From NCBI GenBank assembly GCA_032718475.1, contig JAUCBJ010003604.1:1-53794 (forward strand): a DNA stretch of 53,794 nucleotides, written 5' to 3'. The notes below the pieces were generated by a model. That model ran no database searches, was not told where the DNA came from, and saw only the letters and a list, made by a program, of their open reading frames with translations. The position numbers and the translations under genes are program-made. This DNA is from Nemertoderma westbladi (Eukaryota; Animalia; Xenacoelomorpha). Position 1 is the stretch's first letter. Every line of letters begins with the position of its first letter. This document shows, piece after piece, positions 13,891-25,600 of this stretch.

Positions 13891-14114
13891 AGCTACTCGC
13901 AGCGCCATGGTATGTCTGCACTATCGGAATATCCCCAATAATATGAATATCAATAGTATATAAGGCAGACACGTATAATATAAAAGTGTAGTACAGCAGT
14001 ACAGTGTAATATCAGTACAGCATAGCAATAGGGAAAACCCTCCACCTATCTAGTGGTACCGGTATCTTAGGTACATAGTCCTATAAGGGGCGAGCCATGT
14101 ATATTGTACATATC

Positions 14115-16441
14115 AGTACATATCACCGACACTACCAATAATACCGGCACTACCTGACACTACCGCCGACACTACCACTGACACTGCCAACACTACCAGC
14201 ACTACCGACACTACCGCCGACACTACTGGCACTACCGACACTACTGCTGACACTACCGACACTACCAACACTACCGCCGACACTACCAACACTACTGGCA
14301 CTACCAACACTACCGCCGACGCTACCGGCACTACCCACTCTACCGGCGACACTACCGACACTACCGCCGACACTATCGACACTACTGCCAGCACTACCGC
14401 TGACACTACCGACACTACCAACACTACCAACACTACCGCCGATACTACCGGCACTGCAGGCACTACCAACACTACCGCCGACACTACCAACACAACCGCC
14501 GACACTACCGACACTACCGGCACTACCAACACTACTGACACTACCGACACTACCGGCACTACCGACACTACCAGCACTACTGACACTACCAACACTACCG
14601 GCACTACCGGCACTACCAACACTACCGACACTACCGGCACTCCCGACACTACTGACACTACCACCGACACTACCAGCACTACAGACTCTACCGGCACTAC
14701 CGCCGGGACTACTGGCACTACCAACACTACCAGCACTACCGACACTCCCGACACTACCATCACTACCAGTACTACCGATACTACCGCTGACACTACCGAC
14801 ACTACCTGCACTACCGGCACTACCGACACTAACGACGCTACCGGCACTACAGGCACTACCAACACTACCGCCGACACTACCGGCCGGCACTACCGGCACT
14901 ACCAACACTACCGACACTACCAGCACTACTGACACTACCTCCGACACTACCGGCACTCCGACACTACTGCCAACACTACTGCCGACACTACCGACACTAC
15001 TGGCACTACCAACACTACCGCCGACACTACTAACACAACCGGCACTACCAACACTACCGCCGACACTACCGGCACTACCGACACTACCGACACTACTGGC
15101 ACTACCGACACTATTGACACTACCGGCACTACCAACACTACCACTGACACTATCGGCACTACCAACACTACCACCGACACTACCGTCGACACTACCGGCA
15201 CTACTAACACTACAGGCACTACCAACACTACCGCCAACACTACCGGCTGGCACTACCGACACCACCGCCGACACTACCAACACTACCGGCACTACCTCCG
15301 ACACTACCGACACTACTGCCAACACTACCGACACTACCGGCACTACCAACACTACCGCTGACACTACCGACACTACTGCTGACACTACCAACACTACTGG
15401 CACTACCAACACTACTGGCACTACCAACACTACCGGCACAACCGGCACTACCAACACTACCACCGACACTACCAACATATCCGCCGACACTACCATGGCA
15501 CTACCGACACTACCAACACTACCACCGACACTACCAGCACTACCAACACAACCACCGACACAACCGACACTACCGACACTACCGCCGACACTACCGGCAC
15601 TACCAGCACTACTGCTGACACTACCACCAACACTACCGGCACTAGCGACACAACTGACACTACCAGCATTACTGACACTACCAGCACTACCGACACTACC
15701 GTCACTACTGACACTACCGACACTACTGGCACTACCGGCACTAGCGATACTACCGACACTACCGGCACAACTGGCACTACCGACACTACCGACATTTCCG
15801 ACACTACCGGCACTACCGGCACTACCGACACTACCAGCACTACCGACACTACTGACACTACTGGCACTACGAGCACTACCAGCACTACTGCCAACACTAC
15901 CGGCATTACCACCGGCACTACCACCCCTAACGGCCCTACCGTCACTACCGACACTACCGAAACTACCGGCACTACCGTCACTACTGCCGACACTACTGGC
16001 ACTATCGACACTAATGGTACTACTGACAGTACCGACACTACCAATGACACTACATTCACTACCGACACTACAGCCGACACTACCAGCACTACCAACACTA
16101 CCGCTGACACTACCGGCACTACCGACACTACCGCCGACACTACGGGCACTACCATAACTACCAACACTACCGCCGACACTACCGGCACTACCACCGATAC
16201 TACCGACACTACTACTGACACTACTAACACTACCAGCACTGCCAACACTACTGCCGACACTACTGGCACTACCGACACTACTGGCACTACCGACACTACC
16301 ATCACTACCGGCACTACCGACACTACTGACACTACCAGCACTGCCAACACTACCGCCGACACTACTGGCACTACCGACACTACTGGCACTACTGGCACTA
16401 CCGGCACTACCGACACTACTGGCACTACTGGCACTACCGAC
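14115..16441. repeat. 9/12-bp degenerate minisatellite (CACTACCGA/CACTACCGG/CACTACCAA), about 2.3 kb
   Basis: Continuous array read directly. Confidence 0.97.
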
Positions 16442-17200
16442 ATGTACCTCGCAGAATCTATCCTACAGGACCTCACTACCGTCACTCACACTGACACTGC
16501 CTACGCCTATATTTCTCTTCACGCTGCGGCCCTCGCTGGTTTTTCCGCCAGTACCCACAGTGACCCAGCCGTCGGTGCTTACTGGTCCCTGCCAGACTCA
16601 CTCTCGCCAGACGCCAACCTCATCCTCTACGGGGAGTGGCTCGTCATTCCCATAGCGGCCTGTGCTAAAACCCTGGACTGCCTCCATATCCCTCACCAGG
16701 GTGTTGATGAGTCCCTCCGTCAGGCCCGGCAGTGCGTCTACTGGCTGGGACTGACCAACAACTTACGAACTTCCGTCGCCAACTGTACTTTGTGTCTACA
16801 TCACCGCGCCTTGCTACCAAAGGAGCCCTTCCTCGAAGAACCTCTGCCGACCCGCACATTCGTGGACATTTTAGCATCTTCCAGTTGGACGGATGCCACT
16901 ATCCCACCCTTGTTGATGGCCAGTACAGCTGGTGGCCAGACCTAAACACATTTTCGGGTCATCCATCCACCCTACCAACCATCGCTACCCTGTGATAATG
17001 GTTTACCCACTACAGGATTCCAACCCGTCTACGGACAGACAGCAGTACCCCCCTTACCGCCGCCACTACTATCACCTTCTCAGAGAGTGGGGCGTTATCC
17101 CAGTCATCCAGTTACTCCATGGAATATTCACAGGGTAATGGACACGCGGAAGCGGCTGCGAAGGAGTTCAAAGGCCTTCTAGACAAAACTGGAGGCCACT
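16442..17200 (+). pseudogene. Degenerate Gypsy integrase (H2C2 plus partial catalytic core)
   Basis: LILYGEWLVIP..LHIPHQG..ARQCVYWLGL..CTLC; downstream frameshifted QGNGHAEAAAK. Confidence 0.85.
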
Positions 17201-17229
17201 ACCTCTGTATTACTAATGTAAATTTAGTA

Positions 17230-17729
17230 CCAACCCCCAACCATAGTGGGGGTTTGGGGGGGGGGGGGTGCTTTTTTGGCTGAGTGAGCTCTCGGGGTAA
17301 ATACCACACCCTGGTGTGCCATATTCCACAGGGAGGGTGTCGCAGGGAGTCAGATATGAGGCCCATCAGGCCATCACCCATATCTACTCTTATTATAGGA
17401 AGGGATCTAGGGGATATCTACTCTGACACACAGGACCCACCATTACCACAGTTCATCTGTTGGGCCATGCCCTGTACCCCTGCTGTCAGGCTGCCAGGTG
17501 CAGGTCGCAGTGAAGTGCACTCAGAGTGGACATGAGAACACTCTACTCCAGCCTCTGACCAGTCATTGGTACTGTAGATCACCATCTGGCTGGCCAGGCC
17601 ATATAGGCCTAACCCTGCAGCTGAGGCGAAATATATGGGTCCTTAATCCAGGACCAAGGGCGTTCCTATCCTAGAACGAAGGGGTTCCTAGTTACAGGAC
17701 CAGATTTGCCCTTAGTATTATTATTATTA
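17230..17729 (+). mobile_element. Unclassified retroposon 3' end
   Basis: GC-richer, CpG-poor block ending in a (TAT)n tail; no protein motif recognised. Confidence 0.3.
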
Positions 17730-17749
17730 ACTTGTTGCGCTAGTATCGC

Positions 17750-17965
17750 ACCTACTTCACGCTGGATCCTCTAGTCGCCGCGGCCACTCTCTGAAGTTAT
17801 TTAAACCTCGGGCGCGTCTTGCGCTATGCCGCTATGTAACGACACCTTTATCTTTCGAGTAGTCGATGACTGTAAACGTTTAACCGAATCTGTAGTTTCA
17901 TCACCGACACTGAACACATTTAAATCAAGGCTCAATGAATACTATAAAAATCTGCCATTCGTCCT
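17750..17965 (+). mobile_element. CR1 LINE 3' fragment
   Basis: RRGHSLKLFKPRAR..FIFRVVDDCKRLTESVVSSPTLNTFKSRL, a typical CR1 ORF2 C-terminus. Confidence 0.8.
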
Positions 17966-18470
17966 GGTGCTAGCACTAAGGTAGCAGCAATAAATCCCCA
18001 ATAACTCCATATTAATTTTAATTTATAGCGCCTCATTCGTATTTTTTATGTATTTAACAATTACTTAATTTTATGGAAACATTTTTTAAACTAGTTTACA
18101 TTTGTTTTTTTTTTCTTAATCTGCTAAGGTTGTAATCTATATATCATATAATTACAAAATAATATTGTCATTGCTGTCTTAAATATGATTAATTGCTGTC
18201 AATCTGTTAATGCAAATATGTTCTTTGCTATTTTAGATTACTTATTTGGCTAAATTTAAGTTCAAAGTTATATTTTAATGATAAAATTCATTACGTGGTG
18301 ATATTTTGACTTATTATCATTTAATCATAATCCAATTTTTATTTTTTTTGTTTTCATCTTATTTTTTATACATATAAATAAATTTACTTAATTCTGCGCG
18401 TGCATTATAATTAGTTTATAGACTGCTTTATCAGACCAACGGGTGCTAAAACGACACATTCGTATTTATA

Positions 18471-19886
18471 ATGGGTCAAAACAGAAAAGTGGTCACAACA
18501 AGATTTCTGATGCCCTGGGCAAAACATCTTGAAGGGAAAAAGGTGGTCATTGGTGATAACCTTAGTTCACACATTAGTGAAGGGGTAATAGATCAATGTT
18601 CTCGCAATAACATTTCGTTTGTCTTCCTTCCAGCCAATAGCACTCATCTAACCCAGCCTCTGGATGTGGCTTTCTTCAGACCTCTTAAAGGCCATTGGCG
18701 AACATTGCTAGACAGCTACAAGACTAAAAACCCCAGCAGTATTTCACTTGAGAAACAATCCTTCCCACGTCTCCTAAATCAACTAATAATCAAGCTCAAT
18801 GAGAATGGGGCAGCATCCACAAACATTAAAGCTGGATTTCGAGCAGCTGGTATAGCACCATTTGATCCTACTAATGTATTGAAGAAGATTCCACATGTAA
18901 CGAGTTCTGCTTCCCATTCCACACCCACCTCTGCAGAATCTTTGGTGTCTTTGGTTCTTTCCAATGAGGTACTTCCTTCAACAGATGACTTCTCAGCAAC
19001 AATTCAACATGGTCAGCCTGTGCCCACTGCAGTGTCCCAGGAATTACCAAGTCCTTCAACTGTAGGTACTTCTGCTTCCTGCAATGTTGTCTCTGCAATA
19101 ATACCCAATGAACAGCCCATTGCCATCGCACAGGAATTACCAGGTACTTCAATTGCAAGTACTTCTTCTTTCTCAGGTGTTGTCTCTGCAACAATTCCCA
19201 ATGGGCAGACCGCTGCAGCAGTGCAGGAATCTCCAAGTACTTCAGCGAGAAAGTTAATCTCTAGTTCTCTTCTTGATTATTTGAAACTGTCACGTGAAAA
19301 GAATGTTAGTAAAATTACCAGGCGACGTAAATTGAATGTTCCTGCTGGAAAATCAGTATCCGCAGAGGAGTATGATAAAATGAAAAAACGAGAGGAGGAA
19401 AATATTCGTGGTCGAGGTCGCTGTGCCATTCGAGGCCGCGGTGCCACTCGTGGATGAGTTGCCATTCCAAGCCATGGCACCAACCCAGGTCGTGGGACCA
19501 ATCCAAGGGGTGGCAACATTCGAGGTCGTAACAGTTTACATACCCGTGGAGTGGGCTGTGGTCACTCTATGGGAGTAAGAAGAAGGATCATTCGTAACGG
19601 AAATTATCATCAAGATAGCGAGTCTGAGAGTGAGGGAGAGAGCGACAGTTTGGATTCTTTCTCTGACACAGACACTGACATGACTGATAACACAATTGCT
19701 GCGATTTTGGATTCAGACAACATCAGTATCGACAATTTCGAGTATGATGATTATAGTGACACTATGACGGAGGAAAATGATGTATGTGACGATGCGACTC
19801 CAAGTAGATCGATTGCCAACTGGAATATGGATATGGAACTACCTGAACTAGGCCAATTAGAGGCACTTAATAATGATTATCATTAA
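18471..19886 (+). pseudogene. pogo/Tigger DDE_1 transposase, 5'-truncated
   Basis: VIGDNLSSH..FLPANSTHLTQPLDVAFFRPLK..AGFRAAGIAPFDP. One in-frame TGA at 19455; the frame resumes to 19886. Confidence 0.88.
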
Positions 19887-20307
19887 CTATTGTTTTGTTA
19901 GGTATATTTGTCTATTTGTAGAACATAAATTTACAATTACTGTCTAATTTGAGAAATTGCCAGTCTTGTTAGAGATAAATTTATTCTTTTGCAATATTTT
20001 AGATTAGAAATTTACCATTCTAATTTTCTACAAGTCTACAAACTTCTACAATTTTTCAGAATAGAAATTGCCAATCTAGTTAGATAAACTTGTATTCTTA
20101 TACTGTATGATGTAATTTTATAGAATATAACCAAAGTTTTAGGTTCAGAATAGAAATATACTAGACCAATTAAAGAAACTCAACTTGTTATTGCCTCATT
20201 ATTCAATTAGATTTATGTAATTTTTTCGCTTATAAATTCTTATAGCATTTCTATAGGAATGTAGGAAATTTGATAAGGGGTGGTGCTAATTTTTTAAAAT
20301 GCATTTT

Positions 20308-20637
20308 ATGGGCAAAGTAGCCCCTCAATGGGGCTAAATTAGCTCTTTTATCTGCTTTTCATTGCCAAATTATAGCAAAAAGTACTTGAAACAGTGTAAA
20401 TTCATTTAGTGGGCAAAGTTAGCCATACCTGGGGCTACTTTGCCCACAGCATAAATTTTTAAAAAACTATAAAAACGTTATTATATGCCCTTGGACTGAA
20501 TGTTTTCACAAAATAAAATTACTAGTGCACCATAATTCACAATATTTCGTGCTGGTAATAGTGGTTGACATGTTTTTACACAATGTAACATCCATATGCT
20601 TTCGTAAAAATGGGCAAAGTAACCCCATTTTACGGTA
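20308..20637 (+). mobile_element. 3' TIR and subterminal repeats of the pogo element
   Basis: TGGGCAAAGTA(A/G)CCCC motif repeated in both orientations, ending ...CCCCATTTTACGG|TA at 20635-20637. Confidence 0.75.
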
Positions 20638-20984
20638 TTTAATAAAAATCACTAAAACATCACAAAATAACATTTTTTTTAATGTTCTAGAACCAAAAAT
20701 ATTTGTTCTAGAACATTACTTTTTACAAAAATGAATAGACAATATATTCTAGAAAATTTTTAAAAAAGTAACATGAACTAGCTTGTATAAAAAATTTGAG
20801 GGGGGGGGGGGGGGGGGGTGTGTGCACAAAACACACTAGTACCAAACTATTAAATGGTTGAGTTGTCATCAGTCTGTCACAGTGAGTTGCCAGTAGCTGG
20901 TTAGTGTGGTGATGATTGATGATGTTCTCCCTTATTTTAATGTTTAAATTTAATAAAATGTGAAATGTAAAATAATAATTTCTG

Positions 20985-21107
20985 AATTTAGCGGGATTTC
21001 CGACATTCTGACATTATTGCCATCTAGGCCCGAAGCGTCGAAGTTCCGTTATGTTATGCCGTTACAGCGATAATGGCAATAAATAATGTCCGAAATTCCG
21101 CTAAATT
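20985..21107. repeat. Short imperfect inverted repeat (MITE-like)
   Basis: aatttagcgggatttccgacatt..ttattgccat versus atggcaataa..aatgtccgaaattccgctaaatt. Confidence 0.65.
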
Positions 21108-21139
21108 TCTTAGATTATGACTTGGGGTTAGGGTTACAT

Positions 21140-21550
21140 CCTACATGATCTACAACGTCTATACAACGTCTATAACAAAATGGCACCCACATACTTACAG
21201 AATTTAATTAACTTTGAGCATACGACCAACAGACTACGTAACGGCTTTGCACACGCTATTGTCCCACACAAAAGAACTGCAGCTGGAACTGGAACACTAT
21301 CATTCTCATACCGGGGACCATACCTTTGGAACCAATTACCGAGCGACATAAAAGCATCCACCGACACTGAAACATTCAAACACAAAGTAAAAGAACACCT
21401 AATGAAACACGTTATATCAAACGAATCGTCAATTTTTTACGCTAACACGTCATAAACACTGCACTACACACACAACTTCGACAACACCGAACCGACAGGA
21501 CCCCCATGAAAACGAGACGCAGTCTCTTGGGGCTATCCTGAACAATAAAC
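21140..21550 (+). mobile_element. L2/Crack-like LINE 3' fragment with 3' UTR stem-loop
   Basis: APTYL..SFSYRGPYLWNQLPSDIK..FKHKVK, then ggacccccatgaaaacgagac..gtctcttggggctatcctg..aataaa. Confidence 0.8.
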
Positions 21551-21959
21551 TAACTCCCAGTATAAAGGACACTAAGAGAAACAACCGCACCTGAAACCTA
21601 CCGGACCGAACCGCAACTCAGACAAATACAAACGCACTATACACTAATAATACACACACCACACACCATACAGTACCTACACAACACTGTCACCGCGATT
21701 TGACTCTAATAGCCAATATATACATTTACTTAGCGGTGAGAAACAATCAAAATTCGAGTTCGATGGAGAAGTAAAAATTTTTTTTTGACATTATCAGTAA
21801 AATTATATTAAATTATTTAGTTAACATTATGACAGTAAAAACGATTTTATTAATAAATAAGGTAAAAATGATCAAATTAAATAATAATGAGTCAATGCAT
21901 TTCGGATTACCTCTTCAGGACTATTATTAAATATTTGAGTTTGTAGAAATATTTAATTA

Positions 21960-22342
21960 AAGGTTGGGCCCTTGCAATATTTGGTCGTAGGGGCCGTTGT
22001 TGTAAGTAATGCCCCATGTCATTAGTCGATGCGGGATGCGGTTGATAACAATGGAGCTGTAGTGGTGGGCGGGGCGGTGGGGGGTATTCCCTTCTTTTGT
22101 TGTTGTTGTTGTATTATATCGGCAGTGGAGAGAGGCGAGTTTAATGTTGTGCGCAATAACCTCTGAAGGTGTGTCTCGTATGACTCCCTTACTTATATAT
22201 GCAAATATTATGCTATGCACTGTTGTTTTTAGACTTTTTACCCTCAGTGGATTGACCCTATGACAGTTATGTCTTTTATTTCAATTACCCGTATATTTTA
22301 CTGTATATTTTATTGTTAATAAATAATTCCAATTCCATTCCA
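21960..22342 (+). mobile_element. Possible decayed LINE 3' end
   Basis: Ends with aataaataa plus an (ATTCC/ATTCCA) tail; protein motifs unclear. Confidence 0.3.
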
Positions 22343-22642
22343 TGACAGTTTTAATTATACTGAGTTAGGGTTGATGCCGCCAAGCGCCACTACTGTACCG
22401 GTAACTAGCGAGTTTCATACATTAATAATCCCTGACTGGAGGGCCCTGAGCCTGAATGCTGAATCAAATTATTACCTACATTTCATCATTTGTCTGTTTG
22501 TATTATATTAATTAATAATATATGGAGTATTAATCAGTTAATCTGTTAATTATATCATATATTACAGTCTGTGCAGCTGTGAATATTAATTAATGCATTG
22601 TGTACCGTAGCGGTATCAGGGTATTAAAGTTGGTATTGGTAC

Positions 22643-25600
22643 ATGGAGACTCAACATTACTGGTGTCTCACAAGTACATCGGGCAGTCGGGTTCCTTTAA
22701 ATTCCTTTCGCTTTCTCGTTGGCTCTGGTATTAAAAGTTCCTTGCGGCTTCACAGCTCGAGTGTCTGCGAGATTCACGCCGAATTGCTCTACGATTACAC
22801 TCAAATGTCTTACTTATTAACCGACTTGGACAGCGCGAATGGAACTTATGTTAACGAACATAAATTACCTGCAAATCAACAAATTCCCCTCAAAAGGTAT
22901 GACACGTTACGATTTGGCTTCGATTCCGATGTTTACAAAATGGATATATTAGAAGAACCAACATCACCTTTTAAAAGGGCGAATATTTCGGAAAAGTCGT
23001 TAACTGAGGCGACAAATATAACTCCGGATTCTACCGAGAATATTCCGATATCCTACTGGAACCAGAGTAAATTCCCCCCTTTGGCCGATCATTGTCTTCA
23101 CACACCTCCGGTAACGAGTTGTTCTACTCCCTCCCCATACTCGACAACTCCTTCCAACTCCTCTCCTTCCCGCAACTCATCCCGGAGTTGTAAGATCATC
23201 GGGGATTTAACGCCGAGTCAGCACTCACTCATCCAACAGTTCGTCTCCTCCTCCCCTCGGTCCGACGATGCCTCCTCTCGCATCCCGTCCGTTGCCACTC
23301 TCATCCTCGAGGCGCCTTCCCTCCCCGCTACACCCGAGTCTGCCCGCGTTATTCACATCTCCAATGACGACTCCACCGGTTTGCGTTCCTCTCCCGTTAT
23401 TTATTCCGTGGACTCACCACCTTCTGCGTCTCACGTCCCCGATGACCTTTCCCAAACATTCCATCCAATCAAGGACTTTCACACAGATAATAAACATTCC
23501 CATCGAGGTGGACGCGATACTGACGAAGATTTGAATAATTCCTCAGTATCTTCTGATTGTTTTCCAATTCCTCCTCATCGACAATCTTCCCTACGATTGC
23601 AGGTTTCTTTGGATTCTAAAGTAACGAGGGATTCCCAATGCATCCCTGTCACGCGGGATTCCCAATACATCCCTGTCCCGCGGGATTCCCAATGCATCCC
23701 TGTCACGAGGGATTCCCAATGCATCCCTGTCACGAGGGATTCCCAATGCATTCCTGTCACGCGGGATTCCCAATACATCCCTGTCCCGCGGGATTCCCAA
23801 TACATCCCTGTCCCATTGGATCCCAGAGCCACCCTTTTCTCTAGCCAGGGACTGAATGCCATAGCTGCCGCCTACTCATGCGACGATGTCTTTTCCGCTA
23901 CTGGGAAGGTCAGCTCTTTGTGTTTGGGCCCAGCTGGTGACCGCAGCCGGGTTGAACCCGCTAGGGACCGCAGCCGGGTTGAACCCGCTAGGGACCACAG
24001 CTGGGTTGAACCCGCTAGGGACCGCAGCCGGGTTGAACCCGCTGGGGACCACAGCTGGGTTGAACCCGCTAGGGACCGCAGCCGGGTTGAACCCGCTGGG
24101 GACCACAGCTGGGTTGAACCCGCTAGGGACCGCAGCCGGGTTGAACCCACCCGACCTCCCACCGACATTTCGCCGATCCGTCGACCGGTCTCCTTCGAGA
24201 TCTCTCTAGACCCGTCGGCAACCGATCCGCCTAGTAAACCGAGCCCACAGCGCTCCCCGGCTGAGGTCCCCGAACTGACACCGACCCGGGAGTCCGCCGA
24301 CCACGCAGGTCGACCAGAGTCCCTATCCTTTACTATCGGGTTCGACGAGGATCTGCGTTCCTCTGTCCGACGCCCACCGAGTCGTCTTACTCGCCTTGTT
24401 GCCCCGGACGAACCGAAACCCACCGTTAAACCCGGCAGCGCCAACAGCTCCCCAGTGAAGCAACGCAACTCGGCCAACACTTCGCCCATTAAATCTTCCA
24501 AGAAACCGCCGTCGTCCCCGCTACTCGGTAAACCCGCTGCCTCCCCGAGGCCCGGCCACTCTCCCAGTCGGGACCGGGTCCGTCGGACCTACACGGACCC
24601 GGTCCCAACGTACACGGACCCGGTCCCAACGTACACGTACACGGACCCGGCCCCTCCCCACCCTCACCCCGGCCGCCTCTCTCCCGTCGCACTCAGCGAC
24701 TCCGGTACCTACACCAAAGAGTTCCCTTCCCCCATAGAGTTTGAGTTCGACGTGGATTCGGCGCGACTCGCGTTGGACCGCGCCTTCCCGCAGCCTCCGT
24801 CGGCTCCGCTCCGACGGCCCGAGGTCGACCTCGACTCCGACACAGACTCCCTGGAGGAGCCCCCCAGCAGCACCGCGCTTTGGGTGCGGCAGACTCAGGA
24901 GATAATGTCGCAATCCGTCGTTATGGAGACCCAGCAGGGTGCCGGTCACAACGGTCCAGTTGCTACGGACCACAGGTCGGTTGCTACGGACCACAGGTCG
25001 GTTGCTACGGACCACGGGTCAGTTGCTATGGACCAAGGTCCAGTTGCTACGGACCACAGGTCGGTTGCTACGGACCACGGATCAGTTGCTATGGACCAAG
25101 GTCCAGTTGCTACGCACCACAGGTCGGTTGCTATGGACCACGGGTCGGTTGCTACGGACGACGTTGTTGTCCTGCGACCCCATCGCGTAGCGACCCCGGC
25201 TACACGGAGGGACACCTACCTGGTGAGCGGGGCGGACCAAAAGAGACTGGATGGGATGATAGAGCGTTCTAGAACCCCGGTAGCCGGGCCCCCCGCCGCC
25301 ACTCCGACGGGTAAACGTAACGACCCCGGTCGCCTAGCAGCCGAGGCCTCCAGGAGGTTGTCGCTAATGGAGACCGAAGTCCGAGATAAACTTTTATCCG
25401 CAGATCGCAAGTCATGGTCGCCTAGCAACCACCATTCAACCAATCAACAGCGAGTTGCCCCAAATCTATCCAATCACGAACCGATTAGATCCAAAACTCG
25501 TCGCTCCGCGACCGACTGTAAGGCGGTTACCCCTAGCAACGCGTCCCCCACCGTCGCTAAGAAACCCCCCGGGAAGGTTCCGGTTCTCTGCAGCCGTTTC

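Noticed and set aside
14113-16485. Long Val/Ser/Gly/Thr/Pro-rich ORFs on both strands
   Set aside because: By-products of a stop-poor 9-bp satellite; frames switch at indels.
21121-21136. Telomeric repeat ttggggttagggtta
   Set aside because: Only about two units.
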